Positions 1 through 12,502 of a DNA stretch of 64,000 nt are shown in pieces; within the stretch, counting starts at the first letter, position 1; every line of letters begins with the position of its first letter. Source of the stretch: an uncultured Methanosarcinales archaeon (lineage in GTDB: Archaea > Nanobdellota > Nanobdellia > Woesearchaeales > ARS49); contig CAZWVL010000002.1 in assembly GCA_964637115.1 (NCBI GenBank), forward strand, positions 96,114 through 160,113, in the 5' to 3' direction. A program made the translations under genes and the position numbers. The notes beneath the pieces were generated by a model, which was not told the DNA's origin, did not search any database, and worked only from the letters and a program-made list of their open reading frames with translations.

Positions 1-315
1 TTTGCCGTCGCTGGCCGTAATCGAAACCTGGCCATCCTTTTCAGTTATTATTATCAGAACATCACCGCTCAAGCCAGCACCGACACCAGGGCTCGGAGAG
101 ACGCTGAATGACAATGGATCTCCATCGGGGTCAAAAAAAGCAGCGTTCAAATCAAGATTCAAACGGTTGCCATTCGTGCTAAAATCAGATGTGGGAAAGT
201 CCCACTGTGGAGGAAGATTACCTGCAAATGCGCCTGTAGGGGTCGTGACACTCGAAAAACCAGCAAGCACGCCCAACATTAGCAAAATGACGCTCAGATA
301 CCAAACTTCCTTCAT
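1..315 (-). CDS. Secreted/surface protein with Ig/cadherin-like repeat (5' part; runs off the window)
   Basis: Not in the ORF track. ATG at 315 preceded by GGTGA. Reads MKEVWYLSVILLMLGVLAGF...FFDPDGDPLSFSVS...VSITASDGK and is open to position 1; signal peptide plus DPDGDxL/ASDG motifs. Confidence 0.75.
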   Translation of the reverse strand, partial: MKEVWYLSVILLMLGVLAGFSSVTTPTGAFAGNLPPQWDFPTSDFSTNGNRLNLDLNAAFFDPDGDPLSFSVSPSPGVGAGLSGDVLIIITEKDGQVSITASDGK

Positions 316-320
316 TTCAG

Positions 321-608
321 TCACCTTTTTAGAGTTCTTCTTTTCACAGCCCTGCATTCAAGGCAAGTAATGACTTGTCTGCCAGAGCGAACGCGTATCA
401 TTGCGTTCTTTCCCGCTGACAAAAAGGCATTGCATGCCCTGCAAAAACGGCTCTTCCACTTCTGCGGAATGCGCACCTTGTGGCGCGATGCCATCTTTCT
501 GGCCAGCGTAACATAACGCTTTGCAAAAGCTGAACGTATAAGCGCTTGTTCAAAAAGCGCTTCTATTCGTTTTGCAGCGATGCGTTGTCTCGCGGCAGCA
601 GGTTTCAC
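321..608 (-). CDS. rnp4: RNase P protein component 4 (Rpp21/Rpr2)
   Basis: RIxxLF N-terminus, ARRY-like AKRYV, KxRFCRAC...ITCLEC zinc ribbon. Confidence 0.9.
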   Translation of the reverse strand: MKPAAARQRIAAKRIEALFEQALIRSAFAKRYVTLARKMASRHKVRIPQKWKSRFCRACNAFLSAGKNAMIRVRSGRQVITCLECRAVKRRTLKR

Positions 609-661
609 ACAGATACTCTAGTCAATAAAACTATTTAAACATTTGGTTTAAATTTTATGAT

Positions 662-1837
662 ATGCAATGGCTAAAGAACCTGTTCAGAGAGAAAAAGACG
701 TTTGAACAGATAAAACCCTGGATTGATGAAAAAATGGACGAATTCAGCAGAGAAAGAAAACAGTCCATTGCAACAGCGGAGCAGGAATTTCCTCAATTGC
801 TAATAACGGCCAAACAATCAATAGTTTCCCTTGAACAAGCAGAATTGCGCAATCCAGATATTCCTGAACGCGCGAAACACTTCATGCAAGGAAACAGAGA
901 CCAATTCCTTAAGTTAACCAGGCGCTTTCTGGAAAATCTTCTTGTGCCAAAAGAAGCTCCGGATTTCAGCCAGATGGATCTTCTGTTCCATCAGTATGCA
1001 CAAAACACTGCACGTCCTGGAGCAATCTTATCAGAATTTTTCGGCGCGGAAGTAAGCAATATCAGAAAAGCACTTGCTGAAATTGAAAAACAAATTCAAG
1101 AAATCAAAAGAGTTCAGATAAAAATGGATGGAATGCAAAAAATCAATGGCATTCTTACACAAATTGAAAACGTGAAAAAAGAACGAGAATCAATAGAAAA
1201 ACAGCAAGCCGATTTTGAAAAACAGCTGCAACAATTCAAAACAGTCTACGAAACTCTCAAAAAAGAAAAAGAAGACTTCATCAACAAGCCAGATTATGTG
1301 AAAGTCAAAGAAGACCTGGTAAGTGCGGCAAAAGAACGCCAGGAAGCAGAGCAATCCATTGCGAGCATTTTCCTTCCTTTATCCGATGCATTAAAAAAAT
1401 ATGCGCACGACATAAAAAATGAAAAGCTGGCAGGTTATGCAGACAATCCGCTCACTGCACTGATGCACGATTATTCATTCAGCATTTTAAAATACGTTCC
1501 TGGCTTGATTGAAGCAATAAACAGCGGAAAACTGGGGCTTAAGCCAGAAAAAACGCAGAAAGCACTTGAAGCATTAGGCCACGTCAACAAAGATGAACTC
1601 GGTCCAATGTTGCACCGCTATGCAAACGCAAAAAAACGCGAAACCGACATTCATCACGATGTCGCACAAAGGCCCGTAATCAAAGAATACGAACAATACG
1701 CAATATCTTTGAAAACGAAAGCAGCAGAAATACAACAATTGGAGGGCACTATTGCAAAACTTATCCTGCCAACTGATGAACAGCTGAAAGAAGAATTAAA
1801 GCAGGAATTGGAAAAAAACAGAATTGTGCTAATTTAA
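662..1837 (+). CDS. Long coiled-coil hypothetical protein
   Basis: 391 aa, K/E/Q-rich heptad-like composition, no catalytic motif recognised. Confidence 0.7.
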   Translation: MQWLKNLFREKKTFEQIKPWIDEKMDEFSRERKQSIATAEQEFPQLLITAKQSIVSLEQAELRNPDIPERAKHFMQGNRDQFLKLTRRFLENLLVPKEAPDFSQMDLLFHQYAQNTARPGAILSEFFGAEVSNIRKALAEIEKQIQEIKRVQIKMDGMQKINGILTQIENVKKERESIEKQQADFEKQLQQFKTVYETLKKEKEDFINKPDYVKVKEDLVSAAKERQEAEQSIASIFLPLSDALKKYAHDIKNEKLAGYADNPLTALMHDYSFSILKYVPGLIEAINSGKLGLKPEKTQKALEALGHVNKDELGPMLHRYANAKKRETDIHHDVAQRPVIKEYEQYAISLKTKAAEIQQLEGTIAKLILPTDEQLKEELKQELEKNRIVLI

Positions 1838-2983
1838 TATGTTTTCTTTCAAGGCTGTAATGCCCGGCAGATTCTTGCCTTCCAAAAACTCCAATGCTGC
1901 ACCGCCGCCAGTGCTGACATGAGTGAATTTGTTCTCTAATTTTGCTCTTTCGATTGCAGCAACAGAATCTCCACCGCCAACAATAGTAACGCCTTTGCAT
2001 TTCGACATTGCTTTTGCAACTGCCAAAGTGCCTTTGTCAAAAGGTTTTTTCTCAAACATACCCATCGGGCCGTTCCAAAACACATTTTTTGCTTCTTTAA
2101 TGATTTCCGCATAAATCGCCTGCGTTTCAGGACCAATGTCCAAACCAACAGCAGATTTCGGCATTCTATGAATTGAAACAGCCTTCTTTGAATCAAGAAC
2201 AACATCAACAGGCAGAATAATTTTCTTTTTTCCTTTCTTCAGCAAAGATTTTGCCAAAGACACTTTATTTGGCTCAAATCTGCTTTTGCCGACTTTATAA
2301 CCCAATGCTTTGTAGAAAGTAAACATCATTGCACCGCCAATAAGAATGGAGTCAACTTTTTTCAACAGATTCTCAATAACGCCAATCTTGTCGCTCACTT
2401 TAGCGCCGCCCATAATGGCAATAAAAGGGTGCTTTGGGTTTTTCAACAGCGATGAGAGCATTGTGATTTCTTTTTCCAATGAGAAGCCGGCATATGAGGG
2501 CAGGAATTCTGTAATTGCGCTGACGCTCGAATGCGCTCTATGACAGACAGAAAAGGCATCATTAACATAGATGTCTGCAATGGCGGCCAATTTTTGTGCA
2601 AAACCCTTGTCGTTTGCCTCTTCCTCTGGATAAAAGCGCAGATTTTCCAAGAGCAAAACATCGCCTTCGTGCATTCCTCTTACTCTTTCTTCCACATCAC
2701 TGCCAATGCAGTCAGGCTCGTATAATACAGGATATTTCAATAATTTGGACAACTTTTTTGCAACAGGAGCAAGCCTAAGCTCTTCAACAACCGCACCATT
2801 AGGCCTGCCCAAGTGTGACATAAGAATTACTTTTGCTCCTTTTTTCCTCAAGAAGTTAATAGTGGGCAGGGCAGCACGCAAACGCTTGTCGTCTGTTACC
2901 TTGCCGTTCTTCAAAGGCACGTCAAACCCAACACGCACAAGAACATTTTTGCCAGCAACACCTGCCTCTTTAACTGAACGCAT
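1829..2983 (-). CDS. pgk: Phosphoglycerate kinase
   Basis: [49 protein letters not shown] motifs; likely start MRSVK at 2983 (track extends to 3022). Confidence 0.97.
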   Translation of the reverse strand: MRSVKEAGVAGKNVLVRVGFDVPLKNGKVTDDKRLRAALPTINFLRKKGAKVILMSHLGRPNGAVVEELRLAPVAKKLSKLLKYPVLYEPDCIGSDVEERVRGMHEGDVLLLENLRFYPEEEANDKGFAQKLAAIADIYVNDAFSVCHRAHSSVSAITEFLPSYAGFSLEKEITMLSSLLKNPKHPFIAIMGGAKVSDKIGVIENLLKKVDSILIGGAMMFTFYKALGYKVGKSRFEPNKVSLAKSLLKKGKKKIILPVDVVLDSKKAVSIHRMPKSAVGLDIGPETQAIYAEIIKEAKNVFWNGPMGMFEKKPFDKGTLAVAKAMSKCKGVTIVGGGDSVAAIERAKLENKFTHVSTGGGAALEFLEGKNLPGITALKENILN

Positions 2984-3047
2984 ATGATGACTTCCGTACC
3001 ATACTTTTAAATATTTTTGCATAAGTCACATAAGAAAAGGTGATTAA

Positions 3048-3467
3048 ATGGACTTGTTATACTTCATTCCCGCATTGCGCATAATACTTGGCATACTCTT
3101 TATCATCACGGGAGCAATCAAATTTCCCAATCTCAAAGGATTCAGCGTTATTGTAGCGTCTTATGGATTACTTCCACGGCAGGTTGTAAAGCCAGCAGCA
3201 TATGCACAGCCATTTATTGAATTTATTATAGGCTGGTGGATATTGTCAGGCAAACAATTGTTCTACGCGTCAATTGCAGGTTTTTTGATGATGATTGTTG
3301 CAGACATCTTCATCATAAAAGGACTTATGCAGAAAAAGAAAATGGAAAACTGCGGTTGCTATGGTGTGGCGATAAAAGTTCCTTTAACGTGGAAGAAACT
3401 CGTTGAAAACATTGTATGGACAATACTTTTCATTGTTTTGATAATTGCGGCAAAGCCAGTTATGTGA
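3048..3467 (+). CDS. MauE/DoxX-family membrane protein
   Basis: Hydrophobic helices, GAIK, PFIEF, CGCYG motif. Confidence 0.8.
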   Translation: MDLLYFIPALRIILGILFIITGAIKFPNLKGFSVIVASYGLLPRQVVKPAAYAQPFIEFIIGWWILSGKQLFYASIAGFLMMIVADIFIIKGLMQKKKMENCGCYGVAIKVPLTWKKLVENIVWTILFIVLIIAAKPVM

Positions 3468-4476
3468 TTTTATTCTTCGGCACGCCTGCCAAGAAAGCAT
3501 TAATGTTTTCAATTGTGGTATCGAGAATCCTCGATAATGCTTCATTGCTGTTAAAGGCGTTATGAGGAGTAATGATGACCTGAGGGTGTTCAAGCAAGAT
3601 ATGCTCTTCCAATAAAGTCTTCATATCACAGGCCTTCTGGAAAGTTTCGTGCAACAATTCAGGCTCTTCCTTAATAGCGCACTCCTCTTCCAGCACGTCA
3701 AGACCGCAGGCAGAGAAAATACCCTCCTTCAAGCCAACAAGTATTGCTTCAGTATCAATCAAACCGCCTCTGGCAGTGTTGATAAGCACGCAGCCCTTCT
3801 TGATTTTTCTGACATTATCTTTGTTAATAATGTGATGCGTTTCAGGCATTTCAGGCAAGTGCAAACTAAGAACATCCGATTGTGCTAATAATTCGTCAAA
3901 AGAAACGTAAGTAAAGCCGCACTCCTTTGCCAATGCCTCATTGGGAAATTTGTCGAATGCAATAACGCGCATTCCAAATGCTTCAGCATAATGAGCAACG
4001 TTCCTGCCAATTCGTCCAGAACCCAAAATGCCCAAAGTCTTGCCTTTCAAATCAAAGCCGCGCAAGCCTTCCAAGCCGAAATTCCCTTTTCTTGTGCGTT
4101 CAACACTTGGAATTAATTTTCTTGAAATGGCTAATAAGAGAGCCATAGCGTGTTCTGCAACAGTATTGTCGCCATAAGCCGGAACATTGCAGGCAACGAT
4201 ATTTCTTTTCCTGCAAGCTTCAACATCAATATGGTCAAAGCCGGTAGACATTGTTGTGACTAACTTTGCTTTCCCGAGTTTTTTCAACAGAGCATCATTA
4301 ATTTTGGAATAAATGAATAAAGCAATAACATCACAATCAGCAACTTTGTCAGCGTTCTGCTCAGTCAAAGGCTCGTCAAAGAAAAGAATTTCCTGGCCTT
4401 TAATGAACTTCCTGATATAGTCCTGCATTCCGCCAAGACCAAACTTGGCCAGCTCAAAAAACGCTATTTTTGCCAT
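3460..4476 (-). CDS. D-2-hydroxyacid dehydrogenase (D-lactate dehydrogenase-like)
   Basis: STGFDHID, VAEHA, GxGxIG (GSGRIG), INTARGG, LDVLEEE, TPHNAF. Confidence 0.93.
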   Translation of the reverse strand: MAKIAFFELAKFGLGGMQDYIRKFIKGQEILFFDEPLTEQNADKVADCDVIALFIYSKINDALLKKLGKAKLVTTMSTGFDHIDVEACRKRNIVACNVPAYGDNTVAEHAMALLLAISRKLIPSVERTRKGNFGLEGLRGFDLKGKTLGILGSGRIGRNVAHYAEAFGMRVIAFDKFPNEALAKECGFTYVSFDELLAQSDVLSLHLPEMPETHHIINKDNVRKIKKGCVLINTARGGLIDTEAILVGLKEGIFSACGLDVLEEECAIKEEPELLHETFQKACDMKTLLEEHILLEHPQVIITPHNAFNSNEALSRILDTTIENINAFLAGVPKNKIT

Positions 4477-4514
4477 CTTTTTTCAAGAAAGCCGCTTTCA
4501 GAAGTATTTAAGCG

Positions 4515-4955
4515 TTATGCTACTATACGAATACAAGTCTTGCGAATTACTGGTGCATACTTTGGCAAATCTTCAGCCAGATGAACAAATACTTCAGAAG
4601 GTTCTCTTATTTTTCTGGCAGTTACTGCAGCATCGTCATAATACATTTGTGCGTTTAGTTCTAATCTTATTGGGCACGGTTCCTGCCAATATACACGCCA
4701 ATACAGAATGCCATCAGCAAGCTGGCGCAAATGTTCAAACCTGTCAGAAGGTTCATGCGGAATTTTCAGATGACGTTCGATTACTGCCTGTAAAAGATCT
4801 TTAGGCGGGCGTTTAGTTACTTTCGCTGTTATTAACTGAATAATGTAGCTATGAACCGTTGTAGGAGTCCATACTCTTTCCTCTCTTTCTGATTCCTTAA
4901 AAGCAGACTCAATTAAGGTTTTCAGATGCGCTTTCGGATTTATCAGATCCTCCAT
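4515..4955 (-). CDS. Hypothetical protein
   Basis: 146-aa ORF filling the gap between neighbours; no motif recognised. Confidence 0.6.
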   Translation of the reverse strand: MEDLINPKAHLKTLIESAFKESEREERVWTPTTVHSYIIQLITAKVTKRPPKDLLQAVIERHLKIPHEPSDRFEHLRQLADGILYWRVYWQEPCPIRLELNAQMYYDDAAVTARKIREPSEVFVHLAEDLPKYAPVIRKTCIRIVA

Positions 4956-4979
4956 TTTAGATGCAGAAATTAAACTTAA

Positions 4980-5675
4980 TTAAATATTTTTCTTTGGAAT
5001 AGCGACTTCAAGCTCAACTTTCACTTCCTTATCCTTAATGTTATGAACCGAGACGTAAACGTCCATCCACACTTTTTCAGTCCGAGCCATTTTGGGCTTA
5101 TATAGCTTGCCGCGCTCGTCACGCAATATCAATTGTTCTCCATCTGAAGGACGCTCCTGGCAATATAAATCTTGAAATTGAACTGCGTCAGAACTTGGGG
5201 TATTGTAATCAAAACCATTACTATTTTTGAAAAAGTTTCCGACTGACTCGAAGCTTATTTTTTTTACCGGCAATCGTGCAACAAGCGGCAGCAAATACAA
5301 TACGTCCTTTTCTTTTGGTTTTGTTAAATCTCCGATATCAGTGTTTTCTCCCACGGCATAGGTCTTTGAGAATTTCACTTTAACCTCATTTGAGACAATG
5401 CCCTGATCCCGTTTGGGATGAACTGACAACAGATATTTTCTCGCATCAATTTCAACTTCAAATTCCTTTGTCATTCTGTTTATCGGCTGGCCAATGTACT
5501 TTACCCTGTCCCCATGCTTGCGTTCAACATTTAGCGGACTGTTGCCTTCAAGCCAGCTGACGAGTTCATCCTGCGGAACAGAACGCAAACCAAAACCAAG
5601 ATCAAGCAGAAGTTCCAAGTCATTAAATCCAGAAATTTGCTTCACTGCCCTACTCACGTCAGACAATCCCGGCAT
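4980..5675 (-). CDS. Hypothetical protein
   Basis: Likely start MPGLSD at 5675 (track gives 5777); no motif recognised. Confidence 0.6.
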   Translation of the reverse strand: MPGLSDVSRAVKQISGFNDLELLLDLGFGLRSVPQDELVSWLEGNSPLNVERKHGDRVKYIGQPINRMTKEFEVEIDARKYLLSVHPKRDQGIVSNEVKVKFSKTYAVGENTDIGDLTKPKEKDVLYLLPLVARLPVKKISFESVGNFFKNSNGFDYNTPSSDAVQFQDLYCQERPSDGEQLILRDERGKLYKPKMARTEKVWMDVYVSVHNIKDKEVKVELEVAIPKKNI

Positions 5676-5818
5676 AGCATCACTCACTACAAGTATCCAA
5701 AAGTGTATACTGGCTTGCTTTAAATACGTTATGACTAAAAAAGAGCATTTGAAGGAAAGTTGACGTAAATGTGTCAAGTTCGGTACATTTTTATATGTGA
5801 AATGCTTGTAAACTTTTC

Positions 5819-6436
5819 ATGGAAAGCATAAACCAGCAAGTGTGGAAAGCGCTGCAGACTGACCCTGCGATAATGAGAGACTTACAAAGAAAGTTGGTCA
5901 ACACAAGAGCTTTGGCAAAATATTTGATACAAAAATATGACTTTAAAGTAAGCTTGGACGCAATTATTTCTTCAATAAGGCGCTTCCCGTTGGATGCTTA
6001 CCAAGAAGAAGAAAAAATACTGCAGCACATATTCAAGGAAGCAATTGTCAGCACAAAAAATAACATTGCCTGCGTTACTGTAAACATGGCTCCGAACGAA
6101 GCATTTGCAAAAATCTGCGGGCTAAACCTGCCCCTGCTGCGAATGACGACAGGAACTGAGGAAGTCAAGATCCTTGTTGAAAACGGCATGGCAGAAAAAA
6201 TCGCAAAACTTTTCAAAAATCCAGAAATTGAGCACAATCTGAGCGAGATAAGCATCACAGTTGCAGAGAAAGCACACAGGACAAAAGGAGTGCTGGCAAG
6301 AATGGCAGCAGAAATGGCCCTGGCAAACATAAACATACACGAGTTATGCATGTGCTCACCAGAATACTTGATTTACGTATCACAAAAAGACATTGTGAAA
6401 GCGCACGAAAGAATAATTACGCTCACACAAAGTTAA
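5819..6436 (+). CDS. ACT-domain-containing protein
   Basis: C-terminal KGVLARMAAEMALANINI ACT-like motif; N-terminal helical domain. Confidence 0.8.
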   Translation: MESINQQVWKALQTDPAIMRDLQRKLVNTRALAKYLIQKYDFKVSLDAIISSIRRFPLDAYQEEEKILQHIFKEAIVSTKNNIACVTVNMAPNEAFAKICGLNLPLLRMTTGTEEVKILVENGMAEKIAKLFKNPEIEHNLSEISITVAEKAHRTKGVLARMAAEMALANINIHELCMCSPEYLIYVSQKDIVKAHERIITLTQS

Positions 6437-6475
6437 TATAAGATAGAAGAGCATTTTAATAAAAAAAGGTGAATT

Positions 6476-7978
<1,503 letters not shown>

Positions 7979-7979
<1 letters not shown>

Positions 7980-8647
7980 TACACAATGTGCGCCTTGATT
8001 ATCTTCACTTCAGTCTTCGGCTTGTCACCAGGATTTGTAGGTGTTGAACCAATCTTGTCCAACACATCAACGCCCTCCATAACTTCTCCGAAAATGGCGT
8101 GCTTGCCGTCAAGCCAAGGTGTAGGGACAAGCGTAATGAAAAACTGACTTCCGCCAGAGTTAGGGCCTGAATTTGCCATGCTTAAGATGCCTTTCTTGTC
8201 GTGCTTCAAACCAGGACCGAATTCGTCTGGAATTTTGTAGCCAGGACCGCCTGTGCCAGTTCCAGTTGGATCTCCGCCCTGAATCATAAAGTTCTTTATG
8301 ACTCTGTGGAAGATTGTGCCATCATAATATCCTTTTTCAATTAAATCCTTGAAATTCTTGACCGTCTTTGGCGCTTTGTCATCAAACAATCTTACTTTCA
8401 TATTACCCATAGTTGTTTCCAGAACTACAATATTTCCCATACTTTTCTCCTCCACTTCCAATTTTTCAACTTCTTCCAATACTTTTTCAGCCTCAACACT
8501 TTCAGACTCTATTTTCTCTGCATCAGACTGAGCCTGCTCTACCTGCTCAGCCGCCTTTGAAACATCATCTAATTCATCTTTAATTATCGGCTTGGCCGGC
8601 TGCGCGCACGCGACCAATATTAACATAAATAATATAATCCATTTCAT
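7979..8647 (-). CDS. Cyclophilin-type peptidyl-prolyl isomerase with lipoprotein signal
   Basis: [42 protein letters not shown]; N-terminal LVAC lipobox. Confidence 0.95.
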
Positions 8648-8648
8648 T

Positions 8649-9593
8649 TTAGTCCTCCTTCCGTATCCCAGCTACGAAAAATCCCTCAGTATCGTTATCC
8701 TGAGGCCACATCCTCAGACAGTTGTGAACTTCAGGATTATAAATTTCTCCGTCAAATTCTAAAATAGGCTTGCTCTTGATAGGCAGGTCAATTTCCAGCA
8801 TTCTTGCATCTTTTGCGTTTTCCAACAAATAACTAACTACAGCTTCATTCTCTTCCGGCTCAGTCGAACAAGTACTGTAAACCAAAGTGCCCCCTGGCTT
8901 CAAAACTTTCCAAGCAGCCATTATTAACTTCCTTTGCATTCTTGACAATCTTTTCACCATGTCCGGATTCCACATCATAATGGTCTTGGGAGATTTTCTT
9001 ATTGTGCCTGTACCTGAACAGGGAGCATCCAGCAGCACTTTGTCAAACACCACTCCAGCATCAGCAAACTTCTCGCCCTGCATCAAAGTAATAATGTGAT
9101 TATAGCTGCCAATGCGCTGCATGTTAATGCCTAAAGCAGCCAAACGGTCGCCCTTGACGTCATTTGCAACAACCATTCCCTCGTTCTTCAAATATTGCGC
9201 GATTTGGGAAGCTTTGCTGCCAGGAGAAGCAGCCATATCAAGAATAATGTCGCCTGGCTGAGGGTCAAGAACGACAGGAGGAATCATACTTGCAGCTTCC
9301 TGAACATAATAATAACCTAATGCGTGCTCAATTGTGTTGCCAACGTCTAATCTGCCGCCTTTATGCTCAATGAAAAATCCTTCCTTGCACCAGAGAACCG
9401 GCTCAAGATTCCAGTCATTCTGAAGTCTTTTGGCGCATTCTTCAACAGAAATCTTTAATGTGTTAATCCTGATTGATTTGCGCAAAAAAGAAAGCGTGTA
9501 TTTCTTGAATTCTTCCCAGTCAGTCAGCTTGCTATAACGCTCTACAAATTTGTCCTTGAATACGTATTTTGCTGCATCTGGAAAAGGCTTCAT
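8649..9593 (-). CDS. RsmB/NOL1/NOP2/Sun RNA m5C methyltransferase
   Basis: [34 protein letters not shown]. Confidence 0.93.
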   Translation of the reverse strand: MKPFPDAAKYVFKDKFVERYSKLTDWEEFKKYTLSFLRKSIRINTLKISVEECAKRLQNDWNLEPVLWCKEGFFIEHKGGRLDVGNTIEHALGYYYVQEAASMIPPVVLDPQPGDIILDMAASPGSKASQIAQYLKNEGMVVANDVKGDRLAALGINMQRIGSYNHIITLMQGEKFADAGVVFDKVLLDAPCSGTGTIRKSPKTIMMWNPDMVKRLSRMQRKLIMAAWKVLKPGGTLVYSTCSTEPEENEAVVSYLLENAKDARMLEIDLPIKSKPILEFDGEIYNPEVHNCLRMWPQDNDTEGFFVAGIRKED

Positions 9594-11242
9594 AATGTTT
9601 TGCTCACGTATGGTCCATCAATTTTATAGCCCAATTTATAATAGTATTCCCTTGCACCAATGCCGGAAATTACGAGAATCTTTTCGCATTTGAATTCTTC
9701 CTTCGCAATCCGTTCTGCCTCTGCCATCAACTGCCTGCCAAGACCTTTGTGCTGCACATCACCCTGCTCGCCTAACGGGACAGCTTGACCATAGACGTGC
9801 AGTTCCCTTATGCCGGCACTGTTCTTTGGAATTTCAGAACGGTGAGACTCTGGAACAATTCTTAACCTGCAAAAGCCGAGCAACAAGTCATTTTTTGTGT
9901 CTTCAAATGACAGGAAAATTTCTTTTCCGCCACTTGCTTCGTAATCTTCACGCAATAATTTGACTGAAGACCAATCAATAACGTGTTCACGCGGCTCCCT
10001 GCAGCGAATGCAGCGACATTTCAAGCCCTTTTCCTTCAGTTTCTGTTCAACCAACTGGCGCATATTCGTCAAATTAGGGCCGGCATCAATCACAGTGCTT
10101 GGAATATCTCTTTGCACGCGCATAATCCTGCACCACTTTGGAACGTGCTTCTTAGCTTCAACAATAATATCTGCAGCATCCTCTGAAGATAATGGGAGGT
10201 ACTTGCCAGCTTTCCAAAGACCGTACAGGCCAGTGCCTTTCAAGACAGTTGTCGGATAAATTTTGATTGCATCAGGCATATAATCAGAATTTGTAAAGAG
10301 CTCTTTGTAATCTTCCAAGTCCATGTGCTTGGTCATGCCAGGCAAACCAGGCATCATATGATAGCCAACCTTTAGCAAACTATTGCGCATTAATTTTGTA
10401 GCTTTGACAGCGTCCTGGAGCGTGTGCCCACGGTGAGTTGATTTCATAACATTTTCGCGCAAACACTGCACGCCCATTTCAACTCTTGTCGTGCCAAGTT
10501 TCAGCATTCCATCAATATGAGGCTCGAAACACCAATCAGGTTTTGTCTCAATGCAGAGAGCAACGCAACGGATTTTAGCTTTTTCATTACGCATTTGCTC
10601 TGCCTCAAGAGAACTTGCACCTTTGAGTTTCAGTTCCTTTTCGTGAATGTGCTTTGTTCTTTCAGCATCACCAACTTTGCCAGGCAGTTCAAAGAACGAC
10701 AAGAACTTATCCATGTCAACTTCTTCTTTATAGAACATTTCGCCAAAATCATTCATTGCCTTTAGCGCATATGTGATGAAATCTTCCTGATACTGCACAG
10801 GCAGAGCAGGAAAAGTGCCTCCCTGCACGATAACTTCAGTTTTTTGAGGTAGGTGGCCAGTTGCAATGAATTGTTCCAATCTGTTAAAAACAATCAAATA
10901 AGGGTCATAAAAATTCCTGATGCCTCGCATCGTACTTGGCTCTTTTCCTGTGTATGACTGCGGAACATTGCCGAACGGAGAATCAGGACCGCCAGGACAA
11001 TAAACGCACTTTCCGTGCGGACAGGAAAAAGGAGCGGTCATCAACGCAAGTGGAGAAACACCAGACATAGTGCGCATAGGCTTTGTCTGCACTTTAGCCT
11101 TAGTGCGTAGAAAAACTTCAACATTACTCGGAATACTGGCCAGATTGTATTTTTTTGAGAGCTTGACCTTAAGCTTGGCTAGAGCTTCCTTTGAAACACC
11201 CTTCCTTACAGCTTCCTCAACTTCAACAAAAAACCCATTCAT
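9590..11242 (-). CDS. elp3: Elp3 tRNA uridine(34) acetyltransferase (radical SAM + GNAT)
   Basis: CPHGKCVYCPG, ETKPD, VEMGVQ, KIYPT, RVQRDIP, IRELHVYG, QHKGLG. Confidence 0.95.
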   Translation of the reverse strand: MNGFFVEVEEAVRKGVSKEALAKLKVKLSKKYNLASIPSNVEVFLRTKAKVQTKPMRTMSGVSPLALMTAPFSCPHGKCVYCPGGPDSPFGNVPQSYTGKEPSTMRGIRNFYDPYLIVFNRLEQFIATGHLPQKTEVIVQGGTFPALPVQYQEDFITYALKAMNDFGEMFYKEEVDMDKFLSFFELPGKVGDAERTKHIHEKELKLKGASSLEAEQMRNEKAKIRCVALCIETKPDWCFEPHIDGMLKLGTTRVEMGVQCLRENVMKSTHRGHTLQDAVKATKLMRNSLLKVGYHMMPGLPGMTKHMDLEDYKELFTNSDYMPDAIKIYPTTVLKGTGLYGLWKAGKYLPLSSEDAADIIVEAKKHVPKWCRIMRVQRDIPSTVIDAGPNLTNMRQLVEQKLKEKGLKCRCIRCREPREHVIDWSSVKLLREDYEASGGKEIFLSFEDTKNDLLLGFCRLRIVPESHRSEIPKNSAGIRELHVYGQAVPLGEQGDVQHKGLGRQLMAEAERIAKEEFKCEKILVISGIGAREYYYKLGYKIDGPYVSKTL

Positions 11243-11273
11243 TTCAGAAAAGTTCCCGACGATGTTTATAAAT

Positions 11274-11894
11274 TTATTCGCTTTCCATCTTTTTCAAGTA
11301 TTCTGGGCCAAGCATTTTTTGTTGAAGAGCGTTTAGAGCATAACCAAAACAAACAGGAATTCCGAGCGAATTCAGGCCTTTCTCAGCTCTAATACCTGCG
11401 ATGAAATCCATGGGCCAACTAGTGTTCAATGGAGGAGGGCCAACAAGTCCAATAGTATACATGTAATCTTTCCAAGCGCCTCTCGAATCACCCATCGCTT
11501 GCAAAGCCCTTCCACGTTTTGCGTAACGCAAAGCCTCTTCCGGCTCCAAATTTATAGCACGATTAAAATTTGTTATGGCCTCAGAAAAATTTCCTCTTTT
11601 GCTTAAGATTGTTCCAAGCTTGCTATATGCGGTTGCTAGTCCATTAATGCTCAGAGCGCAAACCTTTGAATCATGCATTTCCAATAAACGCTCCAAATCG
11701 GCAACAGCTTCATCAAATCTTTTTAGTCCTATGAATGCTAGAGAACGACTGTGATAAGCGTAAGCGTTGTTAGGATGCAGTTCGATTAAATCAGAACAGA
11801 TGCCGATTACTTTATTGAGGTTTGGAATTTCATCTGACCAATATGCTGCCCTGAGTGTGTCGCGTGCCAATTCAACCTGTGTATCCGGATCCAT
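11274..11894 (-). CDS. TPR-repeat protein
   Basis: AYAYHSRSLAF...EAVADL; AYSKLG...EAITNFNRAINLEP TPR consensus. Confidence 0.8.
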   Translation of the reverse strand: MDPDTQVELARDTLRAAYWSDEIPNLNKVIGICSDLIELHPNNAYAYHSRSLAFIGLKRFDEAVADLERLLEMHDSKVCALSINGLATAYSKLGTILSKRGNFSEAITNFNRAINLEPEEALRYAKRGRALQAMGDSRGAWKDYMYTIGLVGPPPLNTSWPMDFIAGIRAEKGLNSLGIPVCFGYALNALQQKMLGPEYLKKMESE

Positions 11895-11951
11895 CTTAGC
11901 ATATGACGAGAAGGTTTTTAATTAAGTTTTCGCAGACCTTTTAAACCTATT

Positions 11952-12497
11952 TTATTCGCCCGGCGCAGAGAATCTGATGCTGGAAATGTGCAAAGCAGTT
12001 CCGGGTTCAAGAATCACGTCAAGGTATAATGTCAAACTGCTGAACAATGAATCATCAAGAAGACAAGTTTCCGCGCACTCGTTCCTGAATGCGCCTTCAA
12101 TTGTTTTATAGCCAGTTGGAAGCGATTCAATCTTGTCAATCTTATTCCCGGGCTCAATGTTTAATTCACTAACTGTCATTCCTGTAATGACTTCCATTGC
12201 GGAACCCGGCTTTTTCTTATTTGAAAATACAAGCCAGCGCAAATTACCATCAGACAAGTACACGTTCACCAGGCCTGCACCTTTGACTGTTCCGGTCAGT
12301 GCAAGCGAGGAAATCTTCATCAGCTCGCCTGAAGACGCGGTAAGAATAAAACGCTGGCTTTCTGAAACGTCAATATTTAATTCCTGAGAATACGTTTCAG
12401 TCGGCACAAAACCAGTGATGCTCGGCTTTCCCAGCAAAAGTGCTGCACAAACAAGACCAAGCACAATCAATCCAAGCACCGCACGGTGAAATTCCAT
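11952..12497 (-). CDS. Exported hypothetical protein (CxETC domain)
   Basis: N-terminal TM/signal ending SITGF; RWLVF and FxxECAETCLL motifs. Confidence 0.7.
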   Translation of the reverse strand: MEFHRAVLGLIVLGLVCAALLLGKPSITGFVPTETYSQELNIDVSESQRFILTASSGELMKISSLALTGTVKGAGLVNVYLSDGNLRWLVFSNKKKPGSAMEVITGMTVSELNIEPGNKIDKIESLPTGYKTIEGAFRNECAETCLLDDSLFSSLTLYLDVILEPGTALHISSIRFSAPGE

Positions 12498-12502
12498 GAG
12501 TT

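Noticed and set aside
2-370. Plus-strand 122-aa ORF from the track
   Set aside because: It is the antisense shadow of a better minus-strand gene (1-315) that has an RBS, signal peptide and motifs
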